DNA from: Magnetococcales bacterium
GTDB taxonomy: Bacteria; Pseudomonadota; Magnetococcia; Magnetococcales; UBA8363
DNA: 64,000 nucleotides
Assembly (NCBI GenBank): GCA_015228815.1
Contig: JADGCV010000006.1
Span: forward strand, 74,495 to 138,494
Reading direction: 5' to 3'
Shown piece by piece: positions 11,676 through 20,289 of the stretch (its first letter is position 1; the number at the start of each line of letters is the position of its first letter). The notes below the pieces were generated by a model. That model made no database searches. It saw only the letters and a program-made list of their open reading frames with translations, and was not told where the DNA came from. Both the position numbers and the translations under genes were made by a program.

Positions 11676-11782
11676 TGCGTTTCAATCCATCCGCTACAGT
11701 GTTCGTTCCATGGAACGTCTTCCCTGAAAAACAACCCCACTTCGTCCCATATCCATCCGTGGCGCCCATCCCCATGCCAGAA

Positions 11783-13861
11783 TCAATCCAGCTCACGGAT
11801 CCGGTCAAGTTCCTCGCGTACAACCTCCTCAATCAGTCCAGGCAACAGGCGTTGCACCATGGATGCGACCATCTCACGCACCAACTCCTCGACCTGGCCA
11901 CCATACAGTTCCTCCAACGACCGGGAAGTCACCGCCTCCGCTCCATCTCCCGCCACACCATCCAAACGAGAAAGAACACTCCATGGTTTTTCTTCTTCTT
12001 TTAAAAGTTTTTCTTCCAGAGGCTCTTCCTCCAGGGATGCTTCTTTTAAAAGTTTCTCTTCCAGAGGTTCCTCCTCAAGGGGTTCTTCCTCAAGGGATTC
12101 TTCTTTTGGAAGTTTCTCTTCCGGCGGTTCTTCCTCCAGGGATGCTTCTTTTAAAAGTTTCTCTTCCGGCGGTTCTTTCTCAAGGGATTTTTCCTCCAGA
12201 GAGTCTTCCTCAAGGGATTCTGCCTCAAGGGATGCTTCTTCTGAAAGTTCTTCTTCAAGAGATTCTTCTTTCAAAAGTTCCTCTTCCAGAGATTCTCCCT
12301 CCAGGGGGGGGGCTTCTAATAGTTTCTTCTCAAGATCCTCATCCGGAAATTCTTCTTTTAGAAGATCCTCCTCCAAGGATTCTTCTTTCAGAGATTCCTC
12401 TTTCAGAGATTCCTCTTTCAGAGATTCCTCTTCCAAGGATTCCTCTTCCAAGGATTCCTCTTCCAAGGGTTTCTCTTCCAAGGATTCCTCTTCCAAGGGT
12501 TCCTCTTCCAGAGATTCCTCTTCCAGAGGTTCCTCTTCCAAGGGTTCCTCTTCCAGAGATTCCTCTTCCAGAGGTTCCTCCTCCAAGGACTCTTCTTCCA
12601 GGGATTCCTCTTCCAGAGGTTCCTCCTCCAAGGACTCTTCTTCCAGGGATTCCTCTTCCAGAGGTTCCTCCTCCAAGGACTCTTCTTCCAGGGATTCCTC
12701 TTCCAGAGGTTTCTCCTCCAAGGATTCTTCTTCCAGAGATTCCTCCTCCAAGGACTCTTCTTTCAGAGATTCCTCTTCCAGAGGTTCCTCCTCCAAGGAC
12801 TCTTCTTTCAGAGATTCCTCTTCCAAGGACTCTTCTTTCAGAGATTCCTCTTCCAGCGGTTCCTCCTCCAAGGATTCTTCTTCTGAAAGTCCTTCTTCAA
12901 GAGATTCCTCTTCAAGAGATTCCTCTTCAAGAGATTCTTCCTCCAGGGATTTTTCTTTTAATAGTTTTTCCTCCAGAGATTCCTCATCCGGGGATTCTTC
13001 CAGAGGGAAAGTATCCTGCTCCGAGGGTTCGGGAATGAAGGTTGCTTCCTTTTCGATCGGGATTTCCGATTTCCCCCCAGGAGGGGTTTCATTTTCTTCT
13101 TCCACATCGAGCGGCGGCGGATTTTCGATGGCGGCGTCAAGGAGTTCCAGATCATCCTCGTCCGCGGCGTCAAGGAGGACGGTCTCCTCCTCACCGACGC
13201 CGATGGCGGATTCATCCTCCTTCGATAATTCTCCGGAAAGGGATGAAAGGTCTTCCCAATCACCGGGTTGCGAAACCAGCTTCACCCCCGGTTCACCGGA
13301 ATCCTCCGCCCCGATCGGTTCCATCAAGAGGTGTTCTTCCCCATCGGTATCCTCATTGGAAAGAAGAGCCATCATTTCGTCATCGATCGCTTCCCGTTCC
13401 ATGGCGGTCATGTCCGGAGCATCCTTGGCCGATTCCATGACCGCGGCGATATTGACCGGGGTGGGAAAATCGATTTCCATTCCGGTCAGGTCGAGAATAT
13501 CATCATCTTCATCCATCACCGGGACCGGGTCGCCGGAAGCGGATTGGGGTATCGCACCCGCTTCGGGATCTTCGGGACCGGAATGGATTGGAGAATCGAC
13601 CTCGGAGGGGGGCGAAGGGGAGACATTCTCCGCGAATTCCTCGCTGTCCAACATGCTCTCCAGTGAATTGAGGACCTCCTCCATGGAAGGGACCGGAGGG
13701 ATGTCGGCGGGAAGAGAATCGGGAATGACGCTCCTGGACTCCGTTGCGGAAGGTTCCAGACTGTCGGCCAGTTCGACCTTTTTCAGGGGGGATTTTTTTC
13801 GGCTCGCGGTCCCCTCGGTTTTCTTGACCGACCTGGGTTTGGTGTCCTTGATGGCGGCCAT
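11783..13861 (-). CDS. Giant acidic repeat protein (692 aa) with PopZ/DUF2497-like N- and C-terminal motifs
   Basis: The central ~340 aa consist almost entirely of E-S-L-E-E / E-P-L-E-E pentapeptides. The N-terminal PSMEEVLNSLESML and C-terminal VEELVREMVASMVQRLLPGLIEEVVREELDRIRE resemble my recollection of Caulobacter PopZ termini. The gene lies immediately upstream of valS. Confidence 0.7.
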   Translation of the reverse strand: MAAIKDTKPRSVKKTEGTASRKKSPLKKVELADSLEPSATESRSVIPDSLPADIPPVPSMEEVLNSLESMLDSEEFAENVSPSPPSEVDSPIHSGPEDPEAGAIPQSASGDPVPVMDEDDDILDLTGMEIDFPTPVNIAAVMESAKDAPDMTAMEREAIDDEMMALLSNEDTDGEEHLLMEPIGAEDSGEPGVKLVSQPGDWEDLSSLSGELSKEDESAIGVGEEETVLLDAADEDDLELLDAAIENPPPLDVEEENETPPGGKSEIPIEKEATFIPEPSEQDTFPLEESPDEESLEEKLLKEKSLEEESLEEESLEEESLEEGLSEEESLEEEPLEEESLKEESLEEESLKEESLEEEPLEEESLKEESLEEESLEEESLEEKPLEEESLEEESLEEEPLEEESLEEESLEEEPLEEESLEEESLEEEPLEEESLEEEPLEEEPLEEESLEEEPLEEESLEEKPLEEESLEEESLEEESLKEESLKEESLKEESLEEDLLKEEFPDEDLEKKLLEAPPLEGESLEEELLKEESLEEELSEEASLEAESLEEDSLEEKSLEKEPPEEKLLKEASLEEEPPEEKLPKEESLEEEPLEEEPLEEKLLKEASLEEEPLEEKLLKEEEKPWSVLSRLDGVAGDGAEAVTSRSLEELYGGQVEELVREMVASMVQRLLPGLIEEVVREELDRIRELD
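11990..12975 (-). repeat. Coding tandem repeat array of 15-nt units (and 30/45-nt higher-order units) encoding (E/K)(S/P)LEE
   Basis: The plus strand shows gattcctcttccaag / gactcttcttccagg / ggttcctcctccaag units repeated dozens of times. The array is in frame with the 11783..13861 ORF. Confidence 0.9.
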
Positions 13862-13937
13862 TTTTCCTCTTTCATCCCACCGGGGGATCGTCTGGAGACC
13901 CGAAATCGTCCTTCACATCGGTCCGATCGGTGATCAA

Positions 13938-15212
13938 TCACCATCCAAAATACAGACGGACGGTATCCATCAAATTGCCAATGAATCCTCCCGAGGGAAG
14001 TTCCCTGGATGCCACAACAGGACGATTGAGCAATTCCTGGCCCTTGAATTTAACGATCACCGAGCCGATCTGCTGTCCCTTTTCCAGTGGGGCGAAGATG
14101 GGATCTTCATAGACCATCCCGACCTCCAGGCTGTTTCTTTCCTTTCTGGGGATGGTCACCACGATCGGCTTGTCCACCGTGGCATCGACGAAGTCCTCCG
14201 CCCCCTTCCAGATGCGAAGGCTGCGAATCAAAGCCCCCGGTTCGTAGACGCGCACGGTTTCGAACATGCGGTTGCCATAACGCAGGAGACGCAGGGCATC
14301 CTCCTCGCGCACCTTGCTGCCCGTCGAACCGAGAATGACGGCGGAAAGCCGCTGTCCCTCCTTCTCGCTGGTGGCGACCAGACAATAACCCGCCTCGCGG
14401 GTATGACCGGTCTTGAGGCCGGTGATGGAAGGGTCCCGCCACAAAAGACGGTTGCGGTTGTACTGCTGGATGCCGCTGAAGGTGTACTGCTTCTCCTTGA
14501 CGAAGTAGCTGTACTCGGGATAGCGGTTCATGATGGCACTTGCAAGTTTGAACAGGTCGCGGGCGCTGGTGTAGTGGTTGGGATCGGGCAATCCGGTAGG
14601 ATTCATGAAGTGGGAGTTGGTCAATCCCAATTCCTTGGCCCTGGCGTTCATCATGTCGATGAACCCCGCCTCCGATCCCCCCAGGTGTTCCGCCACCACG
14701 ACGCAGGCATCGTTGCCGCTCTGCACCGCAATCCCGCGGATCAAATCATCGACCTTGATTTCATCGCCAACCTTGACGAAGGTCTTCGATCCCGCAGTCC
14801 GCCACGCCTTTTCACTGACCGGAAGTTTCTGTTCCAGATTCATGTCCCCTTTCGCCAGGGCCTCGTAGATCAGATACAGCGTCATGATCTTGGTCAGAGA
14901 GGCGGGTGGCACCACCTTGTCGGGGTCCTTCTCGAACATGATCACGCCGGTATCGAGGTCACCAAGAATCGCCGACGTGGCGCGAATGTCGAGTGCGTTG
15001 CGATCGGGTTCGACCGCGGAAGAAGACCAGGGAAGAAGACAGAACGTCAAAAACAGCGTTGACAGTATGATGATTGGCACGACGAAAACCCCTCGGATGC
15101 AAGGGTCCCTGTTGATCGAGGTTTTTCCCTGCCAGGCAGTCCGGGCCTGGCCCCAAACCAGATTGTTTTCGGTGCGCATGGCGATGGCCGGTTTCGAACC
15201 GGTTCCAGCCAT
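13938..15212 (-). CDS. D-alanyl-D-alanine carboxypeptidase (PBP5/6 family)
   Basis: The SxxK (ASLTKIM), SxN (QSGNDA) and KTG (KTGHT) motifs are present. The start is uncertain. A GTG at 15080, preceded by GAGGGG, would give a clean signal peptide (MPIIILSTLFLTFCLLPWSSSA). The gene sits downstream of rlpA, like E. coli rlpA-dacA. Confidence 0.85.
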   Translation of the reverse strand: MAGTGSKPAIAMRTENNLVWGQARTAWQGKTSINRDPCIRGVFVVPIIILSTLFLTFCLLPWSSSAVEPDRNALDIRATSAILGDLDTGVIMFEKDPDKVVPPASLTKIMTLYLIYEALAKGDMNLEQKLPVSEKAWRTAGSKTFVKVGDEIKVDDLIRGIAVQSGNDACVVVAEHLGGSEAGFIDMMNARAKELGLTNSHFMNPTGLPDPNHYTSARDLFKLASAIMNRYPEYSYFVKEKQYTFSGIQQYNRNRLLWRDPSITGLKTGHTREAGYCLVATSEKEGQRLSAVILGSTGSKVREEDALRLLRYGNRMFETVRVYEPGALIRSLRIWKGAEDFVDATVDKPIVVTIPRKERNSLEVGMVYEDPIFAPLEKGQQIGSVIVKFKGQELLNRPVVASRELPSGGFIGNLMDTVRLYFGW

Positions 15213-15228
15213 TGACCGCGTGGCCGTA

Positions 15229-16104
15229 TCATTCGGAAACGATCCTGGATTTTTTCAAACCAAGGTTGGACAGTCGGGCCAGCATGACATCGGCGCCAAG
15301 CGGAGAGGGAAACGGACCCACCAAAACCCTGAAATAGCTGTCGCCATTCTTGGTACCCGCACGAACATGGGTCTTTCCGGTCGATTGTATCCGGTTGGCG
15401 AGACTTGCCGCGTTTTCACGCGAACGAAAGGCGCCAACCTGGACAAAGAAGGTATGCTCTGAATCCCGACGTTTATTTTGGACCTTTCCGGTTTCGTTAT
15501 GCAAGTCCTGTTGGTTCTTTTGTTCTGTTTTTAACCGGTTGGCAAAGAGGCGCCGCCGATTTTGACTGTAGGGATGATCACTCGGCAGGGGATCGGCGAA
15601 GCCCAGAGCCTCGATGCGCACCTTTGCCGTCCCCTTGTCGAGAAACTGCAATTCCCGGGCAGCCGACTTGGAAAGGTCGATGATCCGGTCGCCGATGAAC
15701 GGACCACGATCGTTGACCCGGATGGTGGTCCAACGACCGTTGTCCAGGTTCGTCACCCGGACCGTCATGGGAAGGGGCAGGGTCTTGTGCGCCCCGGTCA
15801 TGCCGTACATGTCGAAAAATTCACCATTGGCGGTATCTTCTCCATGAAAATTGGGACCATACCAGGAAGCAATCCCCTCGGCGACAAAATTTTCCGCATC
15901 GTCCCGGGACATCGGAAAGTAGGTCCGACCGTTGATCGTATAGGGATTGCCGGTCTTGACATGATCAAGATTCTTTTGTTTCGCCGGAGCGGGAGGTTCA
16001 AGCTCGGAGACATCCTCCCGAGGCAAACTCTGACACCCCGCGATCAGCAGGCAGCACACCACCGTCACAATCCGGGTCCAATCGAAGGAATACTTGTTTG
16101 TCAT
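15229..16104 (-). CDS. rlpA: Septal ring lytic transglycosylase RlpA-family lipoprotein (DPBB domain plus C-terminal SPOR)
   Basis: A lipobox is present (LLIAGC). The DPBB core reads GIASWYGPNFHGEDTANGEFFD...AHKTLPLPMTVRVTNLDNGR...VNDRGPF. The C-terminal SPOR reads FFVQVGAFRSRENA. Confidence 0.85.
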   Translation of the reverse strand: MTNKYSFDWTRIVTVVCCLLIAGCQSLPREDVSELEPPAPAKQKNLDHVKTGNPYTINGRTYFPMSRDDAENFVAEGIASWYGPNFHGEDTANGEFFDMYGMTGAHKTLPLPMTVRVTNLDNGRWTTIRVNDRGPFIGDRIIDLSKSAARELQFLDKGTAKVRIEALGFADPLPSDHPYSQNRRRLFANRLKTEQKNQQDLHNETGKVQNKRRDSEHTFFVQVGAFRSRENAASLANRIQSTGKTHVRAGTKNGDSYFRVLVGPFPSPLGADVMLARLSNLGLKKSRIVSE

Positions 16105-16567
16105 CGTGCATCCTCTTCAAGGCCATCGGTCCGTCGAATTCCCGTGACTTTCGGGGCGACCACCCATGTGCCGCATGGAAATTAAAGCACTTTTGAAAAT
16201 TATAGCAAGTCAAAGCAAATTTTGTTCCAAAAAAAGATCCATCACCACGCCTTCATGATCGATCGCTCTCGGAAAACCCGTGGGTATTGCAATTTAAACA
16301 TAATTATTTCATTATCTTATATAAAGCATACGCACACCTTGGGACTGGATTGCCCCATCCTTCGGAAAAAATACGCCCACTGGCATCCCTTGCCAGAAAC
16401 CCCATTCCAAGTTCATCCTCGCCTATGGATTCCGCAGTGTCGCGCGGAGATGGTGTCAATTCTCTAACATGGATGCCGCGGTCATTGAAAGGAGAATGGC
16501 GCATCACGATGGTCACCGTCGCCCCTTTCCAAGGCCCCGTGCCAACCCCTTGACCGACCTCGAAGGC

Positions 16568-18391
16568 ATGACCTGGAACGATAAAACCCAAGAATGGCGT
16601 CGCCGGCTGCGCCACGTCCTCCCCCATGCGCACCAGCACCGGGGGGCCTTTGCCGTCGGATTCATTCTTCTGGCGCTGACCAATCTGAGCGCCGCCGCCA
16701 TCCCCTATCTTCTGAAGCGGACCACCGAAACCCTGACCGCCACACCCGACCCCGGAGCCATCGCCCCGTTTGCCCTGGGCCTGATTGTTCTGGCGCTCTT
16801 CAACGCGACCATCCGGGTTCGGGCCAGGACCCATATTTTCGGCATTGGCCGCGCGGTGGAATTTGCGCTGCGGCAACGCTACCATGCCCATCTTCTCGAA
16901 CTCGATGCCCTCTTTTTCGACAAGGAAAAAACCGGTGACCTTGTCGCCCGCGGCAACAACGACATCACCTCCATCCGCATGTTCATCGGCCCTGGATTTC
17001 TCCAGGTTTCCAACACATTCATGGTCTATGCCATCACCCTCCCCGTCATGATCGGCCTCGATCCCTCCCTGACGATCCTGGTGCTCGCCCCCTTTCCCAT
17101 CGTTCTCGGTGGCGCCAGGATCCTGACACGCCGTCTCTACCGCCTCAGCCGCAAGGTTGCCGACCGTTTCGGGGCATTGTCGGGTTTTGTCCAGGAATCG
17201 ATCACCGGCATCCCGGTCATCCGTACCCATGCCCGGGAAGAGGACTGGCGCCGCCGTTTCGCCGACGAAACCCGGGAACTCTACGAAGCCAACGTGCATC
17301 ATACCCGGCTGCAAAGCCTGTTTGCCCCTCTGACCATGCTCAGTGGCGGCATCGGCGCCGTTCTTCTCTTGGGTTTTGGCGGCCAGGAGGTGGCGGCGGG
17401 CCGGTTGACGGTCGGAGATTTCGTTGCCTTTTCGGGATACCTGGCCATTTTGATCTGGCCCACGGTCGGTTTCGGCTGGATCCTGACCGTGCTGCAACGG
17501 GGATTGGCCGCCCTGGAACGGGTGGGACGGATCCTCGACACCCAACCCTTCCGGACCGACGCGCCTCAAGCCCCTCCCCTCGCGCAACGCCTCGGAGGAG
17601 ACATCACGGTCAAACACCTGACCTTCGCCTTCGGTAACGGACCACCGGTCCTGAAAGACATCGATCTGTTCATTCCACAGGGTGGATTTTTCGGCCTGGT
17701 GGGTCGGATCGGCTCGGGCAAGAGCGCCCTGTTGTCGTGTCTGGCGCGCCTCTATCCTGTCGCCGACGGGTGCATCCGGATTGGCGGACACGACCTGATG
17801 TCCCTGGGCGAGGCCGATCTTCGCGCAACCGTGGCCATGACACCGCAGGAAAGTTTTCTCTTCGCCACCTCCCTAAGGGAAAACCTCGATCCGGGAAATC
17901 GTGGCTTGTCCGACGATGAACTCCGGGCGGCCCTGAAAATGGTGGCGCTGGAGGATGAAGTGGCCCGGTTTCCCCAGGGCATCGACAGCCTCCTGGGCGA
18001 ACGGGGGATCACCCTTTCGGGAGGCCAGCGCCAGAGGGTCGCTCTTGCGCGCTCGCTTCTGGCGCACCCGGCGATTCTACTCCTGGACGATGTCTTTTCC
18101 AGCGTCGATGCCCGCACCGAGGAACGGATCCTCGAAAACCTCAGGGAATGCGCCAAAACGCAGACCCTCCTCATGGTCTGCCACCGGGTGGCGGCCCTGC
18201 ACCATGCCGACCGCATCATTCTTCTGGAAGCGGGACGCATCCAGGGGATCGGCAATCATGCCGAACTCATGAAAGCAAACCCCATCTACAGAGACCTGCA
18301 CCAGAAGATGGAACTCAAGGAAGCCCTGCGGACGATGGCCGATGGATTTCCAGCCCCTGCCGCGCCTTCCATGGAACAGATCATCCCATGA
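16568..18391 (+). CDS. ABC transporter, fused permease/ATPase (exporter type, MdlA-like half of a heterodimer)
   Basis: A six-TM N-terminal domain is followed by Walker A GRIGSGKSAL, signature LSGGQRQR and Walker B LLLDD. The start is uncertain; ATGs at 16469, 16496 and 16568 are all possible. Confidence 0.85.
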   Translation: MTWNDKTQEWRRRLRHVLPHAHQHRGAFAVGFILLALTNLSAAAIPYLLKRTTETLTATPDPGAIAPFALGLIVLALFNATIRVRARTHIFGIGRAVEFALRQRYHAHLLELDALFFDKEKTGDLVARGNNDITSIRMFIGPGFLQVSNTFMVYAITLPVMIGLDPSLTILVLAPFPIVLGGARILTRRLYRLSRKVADRFGALSGFVQESITGIPVIRTHAREEDWRRRFADETRELYEANVHHTRLQSLFAPLTMLSGGIGAVLLLGFGGQEVAAGRLTVGDFVAFSGYLAILIWPTVGFGWILTVLQRGLAALERVGRILDTQPFRTDAPQAPPLAQRLGGDITVKHLTFAFGNGPPVLKDIDLFIPQGGFFGLVGRIGSGKSALLSCLARLYPVADGCIRIGGHDLMSLGEADLRATVAMTPQESFLFATSLRENLDPGNRGLSDDELRAALKMVALEDEVARFPQGIDSLLGERGITLSGGQRQRVALARSLLAHPAILLLDDVFSSVDARTEERILENLRECAKTQTLLMVCHRVAALHHADRIILLEAGRIQGIGNHAELMKANPIYRDLHQKMELKEALRTMADGFPAPAAPSMEQIIP

Positions 18392-20289
18392 CCCCCGCCA
18401 TCCACCCCGACACCGATGAAACCCGTTATGGCCGCTTCATGGATTGGCGGCTGTTCACCCGTTTCCTCTCCTATGCCGCCCCCTATCGCCGCTGGATCAC
18501 CGCCGCCCTGATCTTCCTGCCCGCAAACGCCCTGATCCAAATGGCGCAACCCCTGTTGATCCGGCAGGCGGTGGATGATCACCTGACCACGGGAAACATG
18601 GATGGATTCGTTGGCCTCATCGCCCTGTTCATCCTTCTGGTCGGCTTGCAGTTTGCCATCGGCTATGTTCAATCCTTCACCAATGCCGCCCTGGGACAGC
18701 GCGTGGTCCGAGACATTCGCGACCATCTTTTTTCCCATCTTCTGTCGCTGGAGGCAGCCTGGTTCAACCGCCAGACCAGCGGTCGTCTGACCAACCGCAT
18801 CGTCAACGACACCGAGGCAGTCAGCCAGATGGTCAGCTCCGGACTGGTCAACCTGATCGGTGATTTTCTGCTTCTTGTGGGAATCGGCGTGTCGATGACG
18901 CTGCTGTCACCCGGGCTCTCCCTGGTGACCCTCCTGGCCATGCCGGTCATCGTCGTCGGCACCGTCCTCATCACCCGGAACATGCGCCTTGTTCAGCGCC
19001 AGGGCCGCCTCCTCCAGGGACAGATGGCGGGAAGGATGACCGAGGAGGTCGAGGGCGCGGAAGTATTGCGCCTGTTCGCCGGTCAGGAACACCGCCGCCT
19101 GCGGTTTGGCCATCTCAACCAGGAACATTTCGATACCGTCCTCAAGAGCAACTTTCTCGAAGCCCTGCAATTCAGTTTCATCGAGGCCGCCTCGACGATC
19201 ACCATGGCCCTTCTTTTCTGGTATGGGGCCACCCTGGTCGCCCAGGGGGAGACCACCATCGGCACCATCGTCGCCTTCATCGACTATCTGCGCCGCATCT
19301 TTTTTCCGATCCGCGATCTTTCGGGAAAATTCACCACCATGCAGGCGGCCATGACCGCCCTGGAACGGATTTTTCATCTGCTGGATACCCCGCCGGCCAT
19401 CCGTGATCCCGTAGTCCCCTCGCCGCTGCCCCCCTTTCGTGGCGAGATCCGTTTTTCCGATTGCGACTTCAGCTACGGCGACGCCCCGGTCCTGAAAGGA
19501 ATCCACGGTATCATAAGTCCCGGAGAAAAAGTCGCCATCGTCGGCCCCACGGGATCGGGAAAAACAAGTCTTGTCAAACTGATCAACCGCATCCACGAAC
19601 CAACCCGGGGAGCGGTCTTCATCGATGGCCTGGAGGTGCGCCGCTATCCCCTGGGAACCCTCAGACGCCTGGTCGGAATGGTGCAGCAGGAAACCTTTCT
19701 CTTTGCCGGCACCATTGCCCGGAACATCGGCCTCGACGATCCCGCCATCGGCCCGGAGCAACTCCATGCCGCCGCCGTCCAGTCCGGGGCCATCACCTTC
19801 ATCGACCGCCTTCCCCAGGGAATGGCCACGATTTTGTCGGAACGTGGTGGCAACCTGTCCGCCGGTGAACGGCAACTCCTGGGGATCACCCGCATGTTTG
19901 CCTTCAACCCCGCCATTCTGGTCATGGATGAGGCAACCAGCTCGGTCGATACCATCAGCGAACGAATCATCCAGACCGCCCTGAAACGGCTCCTGGAACA
20001 TCGAACCGCCCTCATCATCGCCCACCGCCTCGGGACCATACGCCATGTCGATCGCATCCTCGTCCTGGTCCAGGGCCGGATCACGGAAACGGGAACCCAT
20101 GAGGAACTGATCGCAAAAAATGGGGTCTATGCCCGACTGCATGCATTGCAGTTTCGCGAAGATACCGCCACCATGATGGAGCTCCAATCCGACATTTCCA
20201 ATCCCGAAGGACAATTCGCTCCGCTACCCAACAACCAACCCAACGGTGACGCCGATGAGCCAACGCAACGACGCTCCCCCTTCGAATGA
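18388..20289 (+). CDS. ABC transporter, fused permease/ATPase (MdlB-like partner)
   Basis: An ATGA overlap links it to the upstream ABC gene. Walker A GPTGSGKTSL, signature LSAGERQL and Walker B ILVMDEATS are present. The ORF-track start at 18148 lies inside the upstream gene. Confidence 0.85.
   Translation: MTPAIHPDTDETRYGRFMDWRLFTRFLSYAAPYRRWITAALIFLPANALIQMAQPLLIRQAVDDHLTTGNMDGFVGLIALFILLVGLQFAIGYVQSFTNAALGQRVVRDIRDHLFSHLLSLEAAWFNRQTSGRLTNRIVNDTEAVSQMVSSGLVNLIGDFLLLVGIGVSMTLLSPGLSLVTLLAMPVIVVGTVLITRNMRLVQRQGRLLQGQMAGRMTEEVEGAEVLRLFAGQEHRRLRFGHLNQEHFDTVLKSNFLEALQFSFIEAASTITMALLFWYGATLVAQGETTIGTIVAFIDYLRRIFFPIRDLSGKFTTMQAAMTALERIFHLLDTPPAIRDPVVPSPLPPFRGEIRFSDCDFSYGDAPVLKGIHGIISPGEKVAIVGPTGSGKTSLVKLINRIHEPTRGAVFIDGLEVRRYPLGTLRRLVGMVQQETFLFAGTIARNIGLDDPAIGPEQLHAAAVQSGAITFIDRLPQGMATILSERGGNLSAGERQLLGITRMFAFNPAILVMDEATSSVDTISERIIQTALKRLLEHRTALIIAHRLGTIRHVDRILVLVQGRITETGTHEELIAKNGVYARLHALQFREDTATMMELQSDISNPEGQFAPLPNNQPNGDADEPTQRRSPFE

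Noticed and set aside
11990-12975. Possible CRISPR array, given the regular short repeats
   Set aside because: The units are contiguous 15-nt coding repeats with no unique spacers, and they are in frame within a long ORF. No cas genes are present.
11859-15062. 1067-aa plus-strand ORF (Ser-rich SSRDSSS repeats), the longest ORF in this region
   Set aside because: It is the antisense reading of the ESLEE repeat gene, and its 3' part is antisense to a PBP5/6 gene with clear SxxK/SxN/KTG motifs. The repeat keeps the opposite frame open. No RBS or recognisable domain is present.
16304-17791. 495-aa minus-strand ORF
   Set aside because: It is antisense to the first ABC transporter gene (Walker and signature motifs lie on the plus strand). 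It is low-complexity and Gly/Asp/Arg-rich. The same reasoning applies to 18907..20214, 20321..21487 and 21530..22711.
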